DNA of 64,000 bases from Spirochaetota bacterium. GTDB taxonomy: Bacteria; Spirochaetota; UBA4802; UBA5550. The stretch is taken from contig JBNKTL010000022.1 in assembly GCA_050298055.1 (NCBI GenBank), forward strand, positions 20,823-84,822, given 5' to 3'. This document shows, in pieces, positions 1 through 10,071 of this stretch (position 1 is its first letter; each line of letters begins with the position of its first letter). The position numbers and the translations under genes were made by a program. The notes under the pieces were generated by a model. It saw only the letters and a list, made by a program, of their open reading frames with translations, was not told the origin of the DNA and made no database searches.

Positions 1-444
1 CATAAGATCGACCCGGAAAGCCATCACAGGTTTGAGGATATCCGGTTCGGCCTGGCGAAGGGGGCCGCCATATCCCTTTTTGTCTATTACTTCTTCAAGG
101 CGATCATTTTTATCCACGGCCACCACTGGTCGCTCATGGGGGACATCTGGGGTGTATGGTACTTTGTGGAAGTCATCGGCTTTGTGCTTGTACCCTGCGT
201 TATGTACGCCCACGCATACAGGAACAGGAACAGGGGCCTCATCAGTATAGCATCGGTCATAACACTTATCGGTATCGTGATCAACAGGCTCAATATATCG
301 ATTATTACATTCAACTGGAAGTCGGAGGTCAGGTACTACCCTTCGTGGCAGGAGATCGTTGTGACCCTGATGATCATCTCAATTGAGATATGGGCCTTCC
401 GCTGGGTAGTCAACAGGATGCGGGTCTTTGAAGAAGACCATTAA
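1..444 (+). CDS. NrfD/HybB/HmcC-family membrane subunit, 5'-truncated by the window edge
   Basis: Frame of ORF 136..444 is open back to base 1 (HKIDPESHHRFEDIRFGLAKGAAISLF...). Multiple TM helices and the C-terminal GIVINRLNISI...YYPSWQE pattern resemble the NrfD-type protein at 10064. Confidence 0.8.
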   Translation, partial: HKIDPESHHRFEDIRFGLAKGAAISLFVYYFFKAIIFIHGHHWSLMGDIWGVWYFVEVIGFVLVPCVMYAHAYRNRNRGLISIASVITLIGIVINRLNISIITFNWKSEVRYYPSWQEIVVTLMIISIEIWAFRWVVNRMRVFEEDH

Positions 445-459
445 AAGGAGGTAAAAAAA

Positions 460-600
460 ATGCCGGGACATCTGGAAACATACACATACGTGAATATCTT
501 CGAAACAAAGGGCCTGGAGTACCTGCTGCTCATCAGCTTCCTGGTGCTCTTTATTCTCTTTATCAGGTATTTTCTCTCGGACAGACCCGCTGGGAAATAG
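460..600 (+). CDS. Small single-TM protein, HmcD-like (46 aa)
   Basis: AAGGAGG RBS, then MPGHLETYTYVNIFETKGLEYLLLISFLVLFILFIRYFLSDRPAGK*. TKGxxY plus one TM helix, directly after an HmcC-like gene. Below the ORF-track cutoff. Confidence 0.7.
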   Translation: MPGHLETYTYVNIFETKGLEYLLLISFLVLFILFIRYFLSDRPAGK

Positions 601-615
601 TCAATGGAAGTGACA

Positions 616-641
616 CAGAGGGGAAGATGCTCCCCTCTCTG
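616..641 (+). terminator. Hairpin between convergent genes, probable terminator
   Basis: GAGGGGA-AGATGC-TCCCCTC stem-loop followed by T-rich sequence. Confidence 0.5.
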
Positions 642-690
642 ACATTTAATTTTTCATCTGAGAATTTTCTCAGGGTACAATGGTCTATGT

Positions 691-1098
691 TTAATCACAA
701 TTGACTGTAGCGTTAACCTTAATTAGATCAGAGTCCCCATAATTAGTATGATAAGTTACCGCATCAATACCTGTTTCTTCAACTGTCCCGCTCACAACAT
801 GATCACCCTCATAGACGGTCAGTGTTGTCCCGTCATACCTGTAGATTATGGGATCATCGGTATCAACACAGTAATCCGAATTTTCGTATGAAAGGTCATA
901 GCCGCCCCCTTTCCCGTCAAAGCGGGAACCGTCACCAACACCCGTACCAAATACACTATCACTCCACCAGTCTCCCACAATCTGGTCCTCCGCTCCCCCC
1001 ATGGGAATGCTGTCGCTTTCGTCTCCCCCAAAGCATGAGAGGAACAGGCCCATGCATATCAGTAAAAAAACCGCCAGTATGCTGTTCATTTTTTCCAT
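691..1098 (-). CDS. Hypothetical lipoprotein
   Basis: AGGAG RBS, hydrophobic N-terminus ending in lipobox-like FLSC, acidic beta-rich body. Confidence 0.6.
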   Translation of the reverse strand: MEKMNSILAVFLLICMGLFLSCFGGDESDSIPMGGAEDQIVGDWWSDSVFGTGVGDGSRFDGKGGGYDLSYENSDYCVDTDDPIIYRYDGTTLTVYEGDHVVSGTVEETGIDAVTYHTNYGDSDLIKVNATVNCD

Positions 1099-1240
1099 AA
1101 TTTTCTCCTTAATTGCGAAATGCTATCCGCTATTACCCGGATGTCAAAAACTTTTTTTATTATTCGGCACAAAAGTGAATGTGCTTGCAATATACACCCT
1201 TATTTTTACTCTATCAAAAATTACAGGCGAGGAGAATGTT

Positions 1241-1822
1241 ATGCTTTTTATTGAACCTCCAAAAATAAAAAATCCGCTTTTAAAATTCCTTATCTGGATC
1301 GGTGATAAAGGTGCGGGGAAAAAGATGATGCCCTCCCGGATCCTGGCATGGTATCCCCGGGCGCTCATCAATTCGGGGATCTTCGAGAGCCTGGTGACCC
1401 ACAGCGACCGGTCGGTAAGCAAAAGGATCCTCAAGCTGGTGAGAATGACCGTCTCCTTTACCGTGTCCTGCCCCTTCTGTATCGATATGAACTCCTGGGA
1501 ATTCGAAAAGATGAACATAAGTGAAGAGGAGATAGAGGCACTTCAGGAGGTAATAGTCCTCGATAAAGTAACAACTCTCAATGAAAGGGAAAAAACGGCC
1601 ATACGGTATGCCCGGGCAATCTGCAGCACCCCCATTGCATTTGATGAGACATTAATAGCTGATTTAAAAAATTTATTCGATGAAAGAGAAATCGTCATTC
1701 TCGCCTCCACAGCGTCGCAGGTCAATTACTGGACCCGGCTCATTCAGAGCTTCGGGATAACCCCGGCGGGTTTTCATGACAACTGCCCCATATTAAAACT
1801 TGATAAATATGCGGGGGACTAA
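1241..1822 (+). CDS. Carboxymuconolactone decarboxylase / AhpD-like protein
   Basis: GAGGAG RBS before ATG 1241. LVRMTVS...CPFCIDMN (CxxC) and F.EREIV.L....N.W.R pattern. Confidence 0.8.
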   Translation: MLFIEPPKIKNPLLKFLIWIGDKGAGKKMMPSRILAWYPRALINSGIFESLVTHSDRSVSKRILKLVRMTVSFTVSCPFCIDMNSWEFEKMNISEEEIEALQEVIVLDKVTTLNEREKTAIRYARAICSTPIAFDETLIADLKNLFDEREIVILASTASQVNYWTRLIQSFGITPAGFHDNCPILKLDKYAGD

Positions 1823-1825
1823 AAA

Positions 1826-1987
1826 TCACAACAAGAGCTTTTTATATATATACCCGATCTGGGACGAATCAACATCATATTTCAGTGCGATATCCAGCCA
1901 TGTTGAGCCTTCAAGAAGCATTTTAACAATTCCCTGTATAGTATCAACTGATAAATCTTTTACATATTTATCATCCATTGTGTCCAT
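1826..1987 (-). CDS. Small putative helix-turn-helix protein (53 aa)
   Basis: MDTMDDKYVKDLSVDTIQGIVKMLLEGSTWLDIALKYDVDSSQIGYIYKKLLL*. GGGGAAG lies upstream, and G.T..DIA.KY.V..S.I..I is HTH-like. Confidence 0.5.
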   Translation of the reverse strand: MDTMDDKYVKDLSVDTIQGIVKMLLEGSTWLDIALKYDVDSSQIGYIYKKLLL

Positions 1988-2249
1988 GAGACTTCCCCAT
2001 TGAAAATTTCTTCCGGTCTGTCTGCACTATTTTTACCGGATGATTCTCATTATAAATATCTCTTTTCAATGAGACTTTTCATGTTGACTTTCATCCGGAG
2101 AAAACAAATAACCTGCGTTATATACTGATTATAGACACTCAGGATAATATAACAATCGTTAAAACGATGATATTTTTGTGGTCATTTCGTTTACGGCAAA
2201 CAGGAAAGAAGAAAGCCGGGCCGGGAGTAATTTATTTTTACGAAAAAGA

Positions 2250-4427
2250 CTATTTCGAAATAAACCTGTAGTACTCATACATTTTCGCGAAGGCCTTCAC
2301 GGCGCGTTCGGGAGATTCATAGAAAAGTCCTTTGTAGGGGCTCCCCTCCACCTGGTAGACTGTCAGGTCTTTTTCATCGGAGAGAAGATTGACTCCATAA
2401 ACGGGTTTTTCATACTTTTCCATGATCCGGGCGATAAACTCCCGGTATTCGCTTTCAAATTGTAACATGAGCTCATTTATCGAGTTCAGGGTCTCAACAG
2501 GATACGAGGGGTCCGCCCTCTGCATTTTCTCTATCTGCATTTTTACGAATATCCTCCTCCCGTGAATCCCGAGGTTTATCACGCCGTCACACCCCTCCCA
2601 CTGAAGAAGCGCCTCCATGACCGCCAGGGGGATTTTCGGGTCATACTCGCCCACAAGGTCCAGGGGATTTGCCCTGCTCCAGTAATCGGGAAGTATTTTG
2701 TCCACGGATTTTATGATCCCGGGAGAGAGTTCCGGGACCTCAAGCCCGTAGTAGGTGCACAGATCAGCCGTTATGACTCCCCAGCCTCCCCCAAAGGTCA
2801 TAATACCCACACGCTTTCCTCTGGGGAGAGGAAGCGACGAAAAAGCGGCTGCCAGGTCAAGCAGGTCCAGAGACTGCTTCACCGTTACAATACCGCTCTG
2901 CCGGCAGGCAACGTCAAAGATCTTCGAGTCGGATGTCATGGCGCCCGTATGACTGGACGCGGCTTTGTTGCCCGCTTCGCTCTGTCCTCCCTTGAGGAGA
3001 ATGATGGGCTTTTTCTTTCCCACTCTTTTTGCGCTTTCAAAAAAGCGGCGCCCGTTTTTCACGCTTTCCATATAAATGATCACAGTCTCCGTAAGTTCAT
3101 CCACTTCAAAACCGTCAAGGAAATCTTCGATGCTGATCATCGCCTCATTCCCGGAACCGCAGAAGCCCCGGATACCGATCCCCTGCTGCTCCGCAAAGGC
3201 CATAAGCTGTACACCCATATTTCCCGACTGGGAGACCATGGCAGTACTTCCCGGGAGCGGTGAAACCGGGGCGCCAACTGTGTGGAGGGAGATATGGGGA
3301 TTTGAAATACCCATTGTGTTCGGGCCCAGGACCAGGACCCCGGCCTTCCGGGCGCTTTCCACCAGTTCCCTTTCAAGCTCTTTCCCCTTTTCACCTGTTT
3401 CACTGAAACCGGATGAAATGAGCAGCATGTTCTTTACACCCTTCTCTTTAAACTGCGGGAGCAGGTCCCTGACCAGCGAGGCCGGAATGGTTACGATACC
3501 GAGGTCCACATCACCGGGAATATCCGGAAGGGATTTATATACGGTTCTGCCGGCAATCTCCCCTCCCCGGGGATTCACGAGATAAATTTCACCTTCGTAA
3601 CCGCCGCTTATGGTGTTGACGACCAGGGTATTCCCCCACTTTCCTATCTGCCCCGATGCGCCGATAAACGCAATAGACCTGGGATAGAAAAGGTCTCTTA
3701 TCCGGGAAGGATCAACCGCAGGGGGATAAATCGTCTCCTCCGTTTGTTTTGAGAGTACCACAAGGGCGTCAACGGCTGTGACTTCTCCCCCGGGACTAAC
3801 GAGAAGCGGGTTAATATCTATTTCTGATATTTCAGGATGTTCGGTCCCTATTTGAGAAAGGCCCGTAAGTGTCCTGATCAGCATCTCCCTGTGGGCCTCT
3901 TCCTCTCCCCTGAACCCGCCGAGGAGTTTTTTCGCATTGATCTCCTCCAGCATTTCACCTGCATCATCCGCTGTGACAGGGGCAACACGGAATGTAACGT
4001 CAGAGAGAGCCTCTGTAAAGACACCTCCCAGGCCGAACATGACCACGGGCCCAAACTGCTCATCACGGAAAAGACCGGCAACAAATTCCCTTTTTCCCCG
4101 GAGATAAGGCTGCACCAGGAACCCTTCAAGGGCATCTCCCCCGCTCTTCCTCATTTCAATAAGGGATTTTCTTATTTCATCTTCACTTTTAATGTCCAGA
4201 TGGACAAGGCCCATCTCGGTCTTGTGAAGGATCCCGGCGCCCATGCCTTTGATCACCAGGGGAAAGCCGATTTTTTCCGCAGCCTTAAAAGCTTCCTTTT
4301 TACCGGCAACCTCAATCTCCCTGACCACCGGTATTCCAAAGCTGCCGAGAAAATCTTTTGCGTCCTTCTCTGAAAGTGTATTTCTGCCCGACTGCAGTTC
4401 CCTGTTAATTATTGTCTTTATGTTCAC
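2250..4427 (-). CDS. ADP-forming acetate/acyl-CoA ligase, fused beta (ATP-grasp)-alpha (CoA-binding) domain order
   Basis: N-terminal HKTEMG, FGPVVMFGLGG and EIDINPL, followed by GPNTMG, SQSGN and SHTGAM (phospho-His). Confidence 0.9.
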   Translation of the reverse strand: MNIKTIINRELQSGRNTLSEKDAKDFLGSFGIPVVREIEVAGKKEAFKAAEKIGFPLVIKGMGAGILHKTEMGLVHLDIKSEDEIRKSLIEMRKSGGDALEGFLVQPYLRGKREFVAGLFRDEQFGPVVMFGLGGVFTEALSDVTFRVAPVTADDAGEMLEEINAKKLLGGFRGEEEAHREMLIRTLTGLSQIGTEHPEISEIDINPLLVSPGGEVTAVDALVVLSKQTEETIYPPAVDPSRIRDLFYPRSIAFIGASGQIGKWGNTLVVNTISGGYEGEIYLVNPRGGEIAGRTVYKSLPDIPGDVDLGIVTIPASLVRDLLPQFKEKGVKNMLLISSGFSETGEKGKELERELVESARKAGVLVLGPNTMGISNPHISLHTVGAPVSPLPGSTAMVSQSGNMGVQLMAFAEQQGIGIRGFCGSGNEAMISIEDFLDGFEVDELTETVIIYMESVKNGRRFFESAKRVGKKKPIILLKGGQSEAGNKAASSHTGAMTSDSKIFDVACRQSGIVTVKQSLDLLDLAAAFSSLPLPRGKRVGIMTFGGGWGVITADLCTYYGLEVPELSPGIIKSVDKILPDYWSRANPLDLVGEYDPKIPLAVMEALLQWEGCDGVINLGIHGRRIFVKMQIEKMQRADPSYPVETLNSINELMLQFESEYREFIARIMEKYEKPVYGVNLLSDEKDLTVYQVEGSPYKGLFYESPERAVKAFAKMYEYYRFISK

Positions 4428-4507
4428 CCATGGACCTCTTCATTCACACTCTCGTGCTCTTTTTCATTCTCTCTTTTAAGCCGGGACCCGCAACGGGAAA
4501 CCGGTAA

Positions 4508-4885
4508 CTATTTTTTCTTAAACTGTTCTATGAACTTTACCATATTCTCTTCGGGAATATCGCCGCTTATCCTGTCCAGTTCCTTTTCACCGGGCCCCAT
4601 GAGGATAAATGTCGGTGTTGCAGTAATCCCGAACACAATCAGCTTGTCCCTTCCCTCTTCTGTTTTTATGTTTATGATTCTAAACTCATTGAGCAGCGGT
4701 TCATACTGTTTCCTTAGCCTCTCAACGACAGGCTCCATCTTATGGCAGATCGGTCAGGTTGGATCATAAAACTGGACAAAGGTAATATCTTTAAGTGTAT
4801 AGGTCTTCTTCCCGGAACAGCCTGGTCCGGAAACCAGTGCAAAAAGAACAAGTACTGTAAAGAACGGATTAAATATCTTTACCAT
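4508..4885 (-). CDS. Selenocysteine thioredoxin-like lipoprotein (UPIC motif, 125 aa, Sec44)
   Basis: ATG 4885 follows GGAGG. MVKIFNPFFTVLVLFALVSGPGC...FVQFYDPT-TGA(4754-4756)-PICHKMEPVV is in frame with ORF 4508..4738, and the cis-Pro ATPT motif is present. Confidence 0.88.
4716..4734 (-). promoter_or_regulatory. Candidate bacterial SECIS of the Sec-thioredoxin
   Basis: mRNA AGCCUGUC-GUU-GAGAGGCU hairpin, with a G-starting loop 28 nt after the UGA. Confidence 0.55.
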
Positions 4886-5431
4886 CTATTTACCTCCTTC
4901 GAGTTCTTCGACTTTTTTCAGCATGCTCTTGAGGTCCCGGGGATCATTGAGCCCGGAACTCTGCCTGTACCACACAATACCCTTTTTATCAATAAGAAAA
5001 CTGTACCTGTTGGCGACCCTTTCCCTTTCATTATAAATACCGTACAGCCTTGAGACCTTCCTGTCCCAGTCAGAGAGAAGGTCAAAGGGAAGATTCAGCT
5101 CTTTCCTGAAGGCCGCGTGAGACGCGTAACTGTCAAGACTGATACCGAAAACTTCGGTATTCAACTCCCCTAACCGTCTCATGTTCTTACGGTAATCAGA
5201 GAGTTCTCCCGCTCAGGTTGATGTAAAATCCAGGGGATAAAAGACCAGGATCACATTTCTCTTTCCCCTGAAATTGCTCAGTGTAACATTCATCTGCACC
5301 TGGTTTTTGAGAGTGAAATCGGGTGCGGTGTCTCCCGTACCGGGTATTTTTCCCTTTCTCCCGCACCCGGCTGAAAAGTTCAGGAGCAGAAGAACGGCCA
5401 GTAATTGAACGGTTAACTTCTTTAACTGCAC
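4886..5431 (-). CDS. Selenocysteine peroxiredoxin (AhpC/TSA, AhpE-like) lipoprotein, 181 aa, Sec73
   Basis: GTG after GGAGG, lipobox SAGC. FYPLDFTST-TGA(5213-5215)-AGEL places UGA at the peroxidatic PxxxTxxC position, in frame with ORF 4886..5182 (GISLDS, LLSD, ANR.SFLID). Confidence 0.92.
5163..5205 (-). promoter_or_regulatory. Candidate SECIS-like stem-loop of the Sec-peroxiredoxin
   Basis: mRNA AACUCUCUGAUUACCGU-AAGAACAUGAG-ACGGUUAGGGGAGUU starts 8 nt after the UGA. The loop is less canonical than in fdnG. Confidence 0.4.
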
Positions 5432-5468
5432 TTAGATTACCTCCTGTAGTGGAATGACCAGTTTATAA

Positions 5469-5497
5469 AGGCTATTTTATATTCATTCTCATGTCAA
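5469..5497 (-). promoter_or_regulatory. Putative sigma70 promoter for the prx-trx operon
   Basis: TTGACA-N17-TAGCCT on the minus strand. Confidence 0.4.
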
Positions 5498-5893
5498 GCC
5501 TGATATTTCTCATTCCTTAAGCGAATAGAGGAGTGTGAATTAAATTCCGGAAAATTATGGTATAAATGTACTTTTTGTAAAAAGTTTTAATTAATCCCGG
5601 TCATCAATCGTATTAATATTTGGGAAGAATATTGCTATTCTCACTTTATACAATGAGAGGATGGGATAATATGAGAACGATCACAACCGAATAGAGTATT
5701 TTATTACTGATGTCACAATGAATAAAATGTTCTTTGTAACTGGTAAATTCATTATAATACTGGAATGCCCGAAGAAAAACTAAAATAATTTTCATAAAAA
5801 TATCTGAATGTCAAAAATCTTACAAAATATTACACAAACCTTCATCCAAGCATTTTATTCACATCTCTACGGGATAATAACAAATAAAAAATA

Positions 5894-5923
5894 TTGACAT
5901 TCTTCATTCCTCCTTTTTATATT
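5894..5923 (+). promoter_or_regulatory. Putative sigma70 promoter for the fdh operon
   Basis: TTGACA-N18-TATATT. Confidence 0.45.
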
Positions 5924-6049
5924 TATTCCAGTTTATATTGGGATTCACTCCTAAACAGTGTAGAGATCCATATAAATATTGAAAGGATTTCTGCTTTCTT
6001 ACCGTTTATTAAAAACTTAGTTTTTTTACAACTATTGGAGAGCTAAATT

Positions 6050-9000
6050 ATGGAGAAAATCAGTCGAAGGTCTTTTTTCGGAAAAGGGGCTGCTTCGGTA
6101 GGGACAGCTGTGTCCGTTTTCTCGCTTTCTACCAATTCTGCCCGGGCCGACACCGGGGTCTTTAAAACATACAGAACTAAAGAGACAACCACTATTTGTC
6201 CCTTCTGTGCTGTGGGCTGCGGGCTGATCGTCAGCCAGCGGGACGGCAGAATTGTTAATACTGAAGGCGACCCGGATCATCCTATTAATGAAGGTTCTTT
6301 ATGCTCTAAAGGAGCAGGGCTGATTCAGACCTCGGTAAACAAGAGAAGATTAAATCATGTTCTCTATCGCGCGCCGGGATCAAATCAGTGGGAAAAAAAG
6401 GACTGGAAGTGGGCAATTGAAAAAATTGCAAAGAACATCAAGGCGACAAGGGACAAAACCCTTGTGAGAAAAAAAGGCGGCTTTCTTGTCAACAGGACAG
6501 ACGGGATTGCCCAGATCGGAGGGGCCGCCCTTGACAACGAAGAATGCTACCTGATTGTCAAAATGGCCCGGGCGCTGGGTCTTACCTGGATCGAACACCA
6601 GGCCCGTATCTGACACTCCTCAACTGTCGCCAGTCTGGCGAACTCTTTTGGCCGCGGGGCCATGACCAATCACTGGATAGATATCCAGCACTCAGACGTT
6701 ATTATCATCATTGGCAGCAATGCCGCGGAAAATCACACCGTTGGAATGAAATATGTGAACAAGGCGCTTGAGAAGGGAGCCAAACTTATCAGCATTGACC
6801 CAAGGTTTACCCGGTCATCATCCCTCTCTGACATCTATGCTCCCCTTCGTTCGGGCACGGATATCGCCTTTATGGGGGGTATCATTAACTATGCCCTGCA
6901 GAACAACAGGGTGCATAAGGACTATATCGTTAACGCCACAAACGGTTCCTTCCTCATCAACCCGGGGTTCGGGTTCAGGGACGGACTGTTTACCGGCTAC
7001 AGCGAAGCCAAAAGGTCCTATAACAACTCCACCTGGGGATACCAGCTGGACGGAGGGGGTAATCCCCGACAGGACAAGTCCCTCAGCAGCCCTAACTGTG
7101 TATACCAGATCATGAAAAAACATTACTCACGGTATACACCCGATGTGGTTTCCGGCATAACCGGGTGCCCCAAGGATGTTTTCCTCAAGGTCGCGGAGCT
7201 CTATACATCCACCTCTGCTCCTGACAGGGTGGGTACCATAATGTATGCCATGGGAACCACCCAGCATACTGTGGGGACCCAGAACATTCGGACATACGCC
7301 ATGCTGCAGCTCCTTATGGGTAATGTTGGAAAAGCCGGCGGCGGAATCAATGCCCTCAGGGGTGAATCGAATGTCCAGGGTTCTACCGATATGTGTCTTC
7401 TCTTTCATATCCTGCCCGGCTATCTCAAAACACCCCAGCCAAAGGACAGGGACCTGGCAACCTATATCAAGAAGTATACACCGGTTTCAAATGACAAGAA
7501 GTCCGCTAACTGGTGGTCAAACACAAACAAGTATATTGTCAGCCTCCTGAAGGCCTGGTGGAATGACCATGCCACTGCCGATAAGGAGGGAGGGTTCTGC
7601 TACAACTACCTGCCCAAGCGTGAGGGATGGATGGACCACATCACCCTCTTCGAGCAGATGTACGTGGGCCAGTTTGAAGGCCTCATCCTCTGGGGACAGA
7701 ACCCGGTTGTGGGCGGTCCCAACGTCCAGAAGGAGCAAAAAGCCCTGGAAAAACTGAAGTGGATGGTCGCCGTGGATCTCTGGGAAACGGAAACTTCCGC
7801 ATTCTGGAAAGCACCGGGGGCTGATTCTTCAAAGATCAACACAGAGGTTTTCCTCCTTCCCGCGGCCTCTTCAATGGAGAAGGAGGGTTCCGTAACAAAC
7901 TCGGGACGCTGGGCACAGTGGAGATACGCTGCCATTCAGCCGGGTGATCCGGGCTGGCACGGTGACGCGCGTCCGGACCTCTGGATCGTTGATGCCCTGT
8001 TTAAGGAAGTGAGGAACCAGTATAAAAAAGATAAAGGCACGTTTCCCGACCCTATCCTCAACCTCTTCTGGGACTACGGGACAGGTGAGACCACCGACCC
8101 CCACAGGGAGCCGGATGTCCACCAGGTTGCCCGTGAGATTAATGGTTACTTCACCCGGGACACAAAGGTAAAGGGAAAACTCTTCAAAAAGGGGACCCAG
8201 GCCCCCAGCTTCGGTTTCCTCCAGGCAGACGGTTCAACAATGAGCGGCAACTGGCTCATGAGCGGAAGCTATGTTGGATGGAGCTCCAGTGAGGGGAAAA
8301 AGACTGATACGCACTATGTTAACAATAACGCCGGGCAGTTCTCAAACAGGCTGGCAAGAAGAATAGCCGAAAAGAACGAACCGAAGGCGCAGAAGCTCAT
8401 TGCCCGGGGACGGGCCGAAGGCCTCAACCTCAACTGGTCATGGACATGGCCTGTTAACAGGAGGATCATCTATAACCGCGCGTCTGTAGACAACAGCGGC
8501 GTTCCCTATGATAAGGACAAATGGGTTATCAACTGGAATCCTTCCCTCAAGGGGGGAAAGGGGGCCTTTGAAGGAGATGTTCCCGACGGTGGATGGGCCC
8601 CGGGGACAAAATATCCCTTTATTATGCTTCCGGAAGGTCATGCGCGGCTCTTTGCCAAGGGCCTCAGAGACGGACCCATGCCGGAGCACTATGAGCCGGT
8701 GGAATCTCCCTTCGGAAAGGAAAATCCCATGCCGGGAAACAGCATCGCTTTCAACCCCGTAATTCTCCAGTACTTCAAGGGCACGAAGCTTCAATGCGAG
8801 ATGAACAAGATCGGTGAATGCGATGTCTTTCCCATCGTCTGTACAACATACAGGCTCAGCGAACACTGGCAGGCAGGGGCCATGACAAGGAACCAGCCGT
8901 GGCTCTCAGAGCTTATGCCCGACTTCTTTGTGGAGATGAGCAAGGAGCTGGCCGCAAAGATCAAGGTCAAAAACGGTGAAAAGGTAAAGCTTAACTCTGC

Positions 9001-9232
9001 CCGGGGAAGTGTGGAGGCATACGCCCTGGTTACCGCGCGTTTTAAACCGTTTAAACTTAAAGACAGCAAGGGTAAGGATATGTTAGTCCACCAGGTGGGC
9101 ATCCCGTGGCATTTCGGATACCAGGGTATCTCACAGGGTGATAGTGCAAACTTCCTTACGCCTCATGTGGGGGATGCTAACACCAATATTCCGGAATTTA
9201 AAGCATTCCTCTGCAATGTTGTGAAGGCATAA
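6050..9232 (+). CDS. fdnG: Formate dehydrogenase-N alpha subunit, selenocysteine-containing (1060 aa, Sec188)
   Basis: Tat signal SRRSFF and CPFCAVGC [4Fe-4S] motif. EHQARI-TGA(6611-6613)-HSSTVASL joins ORFs 6050..6613 and 6662..9232 in frame. Also RGESNVQG and C-terminal PEFKAFL. Confidence 0.97.
6627..6641 (+). promoter_or_regulatory. SECIS hairpin of fdnG
   Basis: TCGCCA-GTC-TGGCGA starts 14 nt after the UGA, with a G-starting loop at the position typical of fdnG SECIS. Confidence 0.8.
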
Positions 9233-9243
9233 GGAGCATCACT

Positions 9244-10071
9244 ATGAAAAGTACAATAAAACAGAAAGGTTTTTTAATCGACGGAACCAAGTGTATAGGA
9301 TGCAGGGCTTGCCAGGTGGCATGCAAGCAGTGGAATGAGCTCCCGGCGGAAAAGACAGAGTTTTTCGGAGGTCCGGGATATCAGAACCCCGCTAATCTTT
9401 CCAGCAAAACCTATACTCTGATCAAGTACAGGGAAATTGAAAAGAAGGGACAGCTTATTGACTGGACTTTCCACAAATCCCAGTGCCAGCACTGCCTTGA
9501 GCCCGCCTGCGAAGCCGCCTGTATTGTGGGCGCTTTCACGAAGACAGCAGAAGGCCCGGTGGAATGGGATGAGAAAAAGTGTATCGGGTGCAGGTACTGC
9601 ATGCTTGCGTGCCCCTATCAAATCCCGACTTTTGAATGGTCCAGTATCAATCCAAAAATCAGGAAGTGTACCCTCTGCAGTGACAGGATCAAGAACGGGC
9701 TGCAGCCGGCATGTTCCAAGGCCTGTTCAACAGGGGCAATACTCTTTGGTAACCGGGACGAGCTGTTGAAAATAGCAAAACAGCGCCTGAAGGCGGAACC
9801 GAAAAAATACTACCAGCATATCTATGGTGAAAACGAGGTGGGAGGGACCTGTGTCCTGAACATTTCCAGCGTAGCTCTGGATAAGGAGTTCGGATATCCG
9901 AAGAACCTTCCCAATAAAGCCATGATAAGCTTTACGGAACCCGCGATGAAATCAATTCCTGGAGTAGTAATGGGTCTCGGGGCCCTTCTGGGAATATCAG
10001 CTTATATTGTCAATAAGCACAACAGGAACGCTGCAGCTGAATCTGATTCAGAGGGAGGGAGCCATGAATAA
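9244..10071 (+). CDS. fdnH: Formate dehydrogenase iron-sulfur subunit (FdnH/HybA-like)
   Basis: CIGCRACQVAC, CQHCLEPAC, CIGCRYCMLAC and CTLC...PAC motifs, GENEVGGT, C-terminal TM helix. Confidence 0.9.
   Translation: MKSTIKQKGFLIDGTKCIGCRACQVACKQWNELPAEKTEFFGGPGYQNPANLSSKTYTLIKYREIEKKGQLIDWTFHKSQCQHCLEPACEAACIVGAFTKTAEGPVEWDEKKCIGCRYCMLACPYQIPTFEWSSINPKIRKCTLCSDRIKNGLQPACSKACSTGAILFGNRDELLKIAKQRLKAEPKKYYQHIYGENEVGGTCVLNISSVALDKEFGYPKNLPNKAMISFTEPAMKSIPGVVMGLGALLGISAYIVNKHNRNAAAESDSEGGSHE

Noticed and set aside
1001..1240. N-terminal extension of the AhpD-like ORF
   Set aside because: It overlaps the divergent lipoprotein gene, and a good RBS precedes ATG 1241.
4481..4505. CCGG-GA-CCCG-CAA-CGGG-AAA-CCGG hairpin as a riboswitch or 3' SECIS
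   Set aside because: It is too short and has no recognisable aptamer consensus. It is more likely a simple intergenic hairpin.
5531..5550. Rex operator-like GTGTGAATTAAATTCCGG in the fdh spacer
   Set aside because: Spacing and the right half-site do not fit TTGTGAA-N4-TTCACAA.
4508..9232. prx, trx and fdnG as nonsense pseudogenes, or genome-wide UGA reassignment
   Set aside because: Each UGA falls at the catalytic Cys position with a downstream hairpin, and other genes (e.g. dapB, dapA, the kinase) end normally at TGA.
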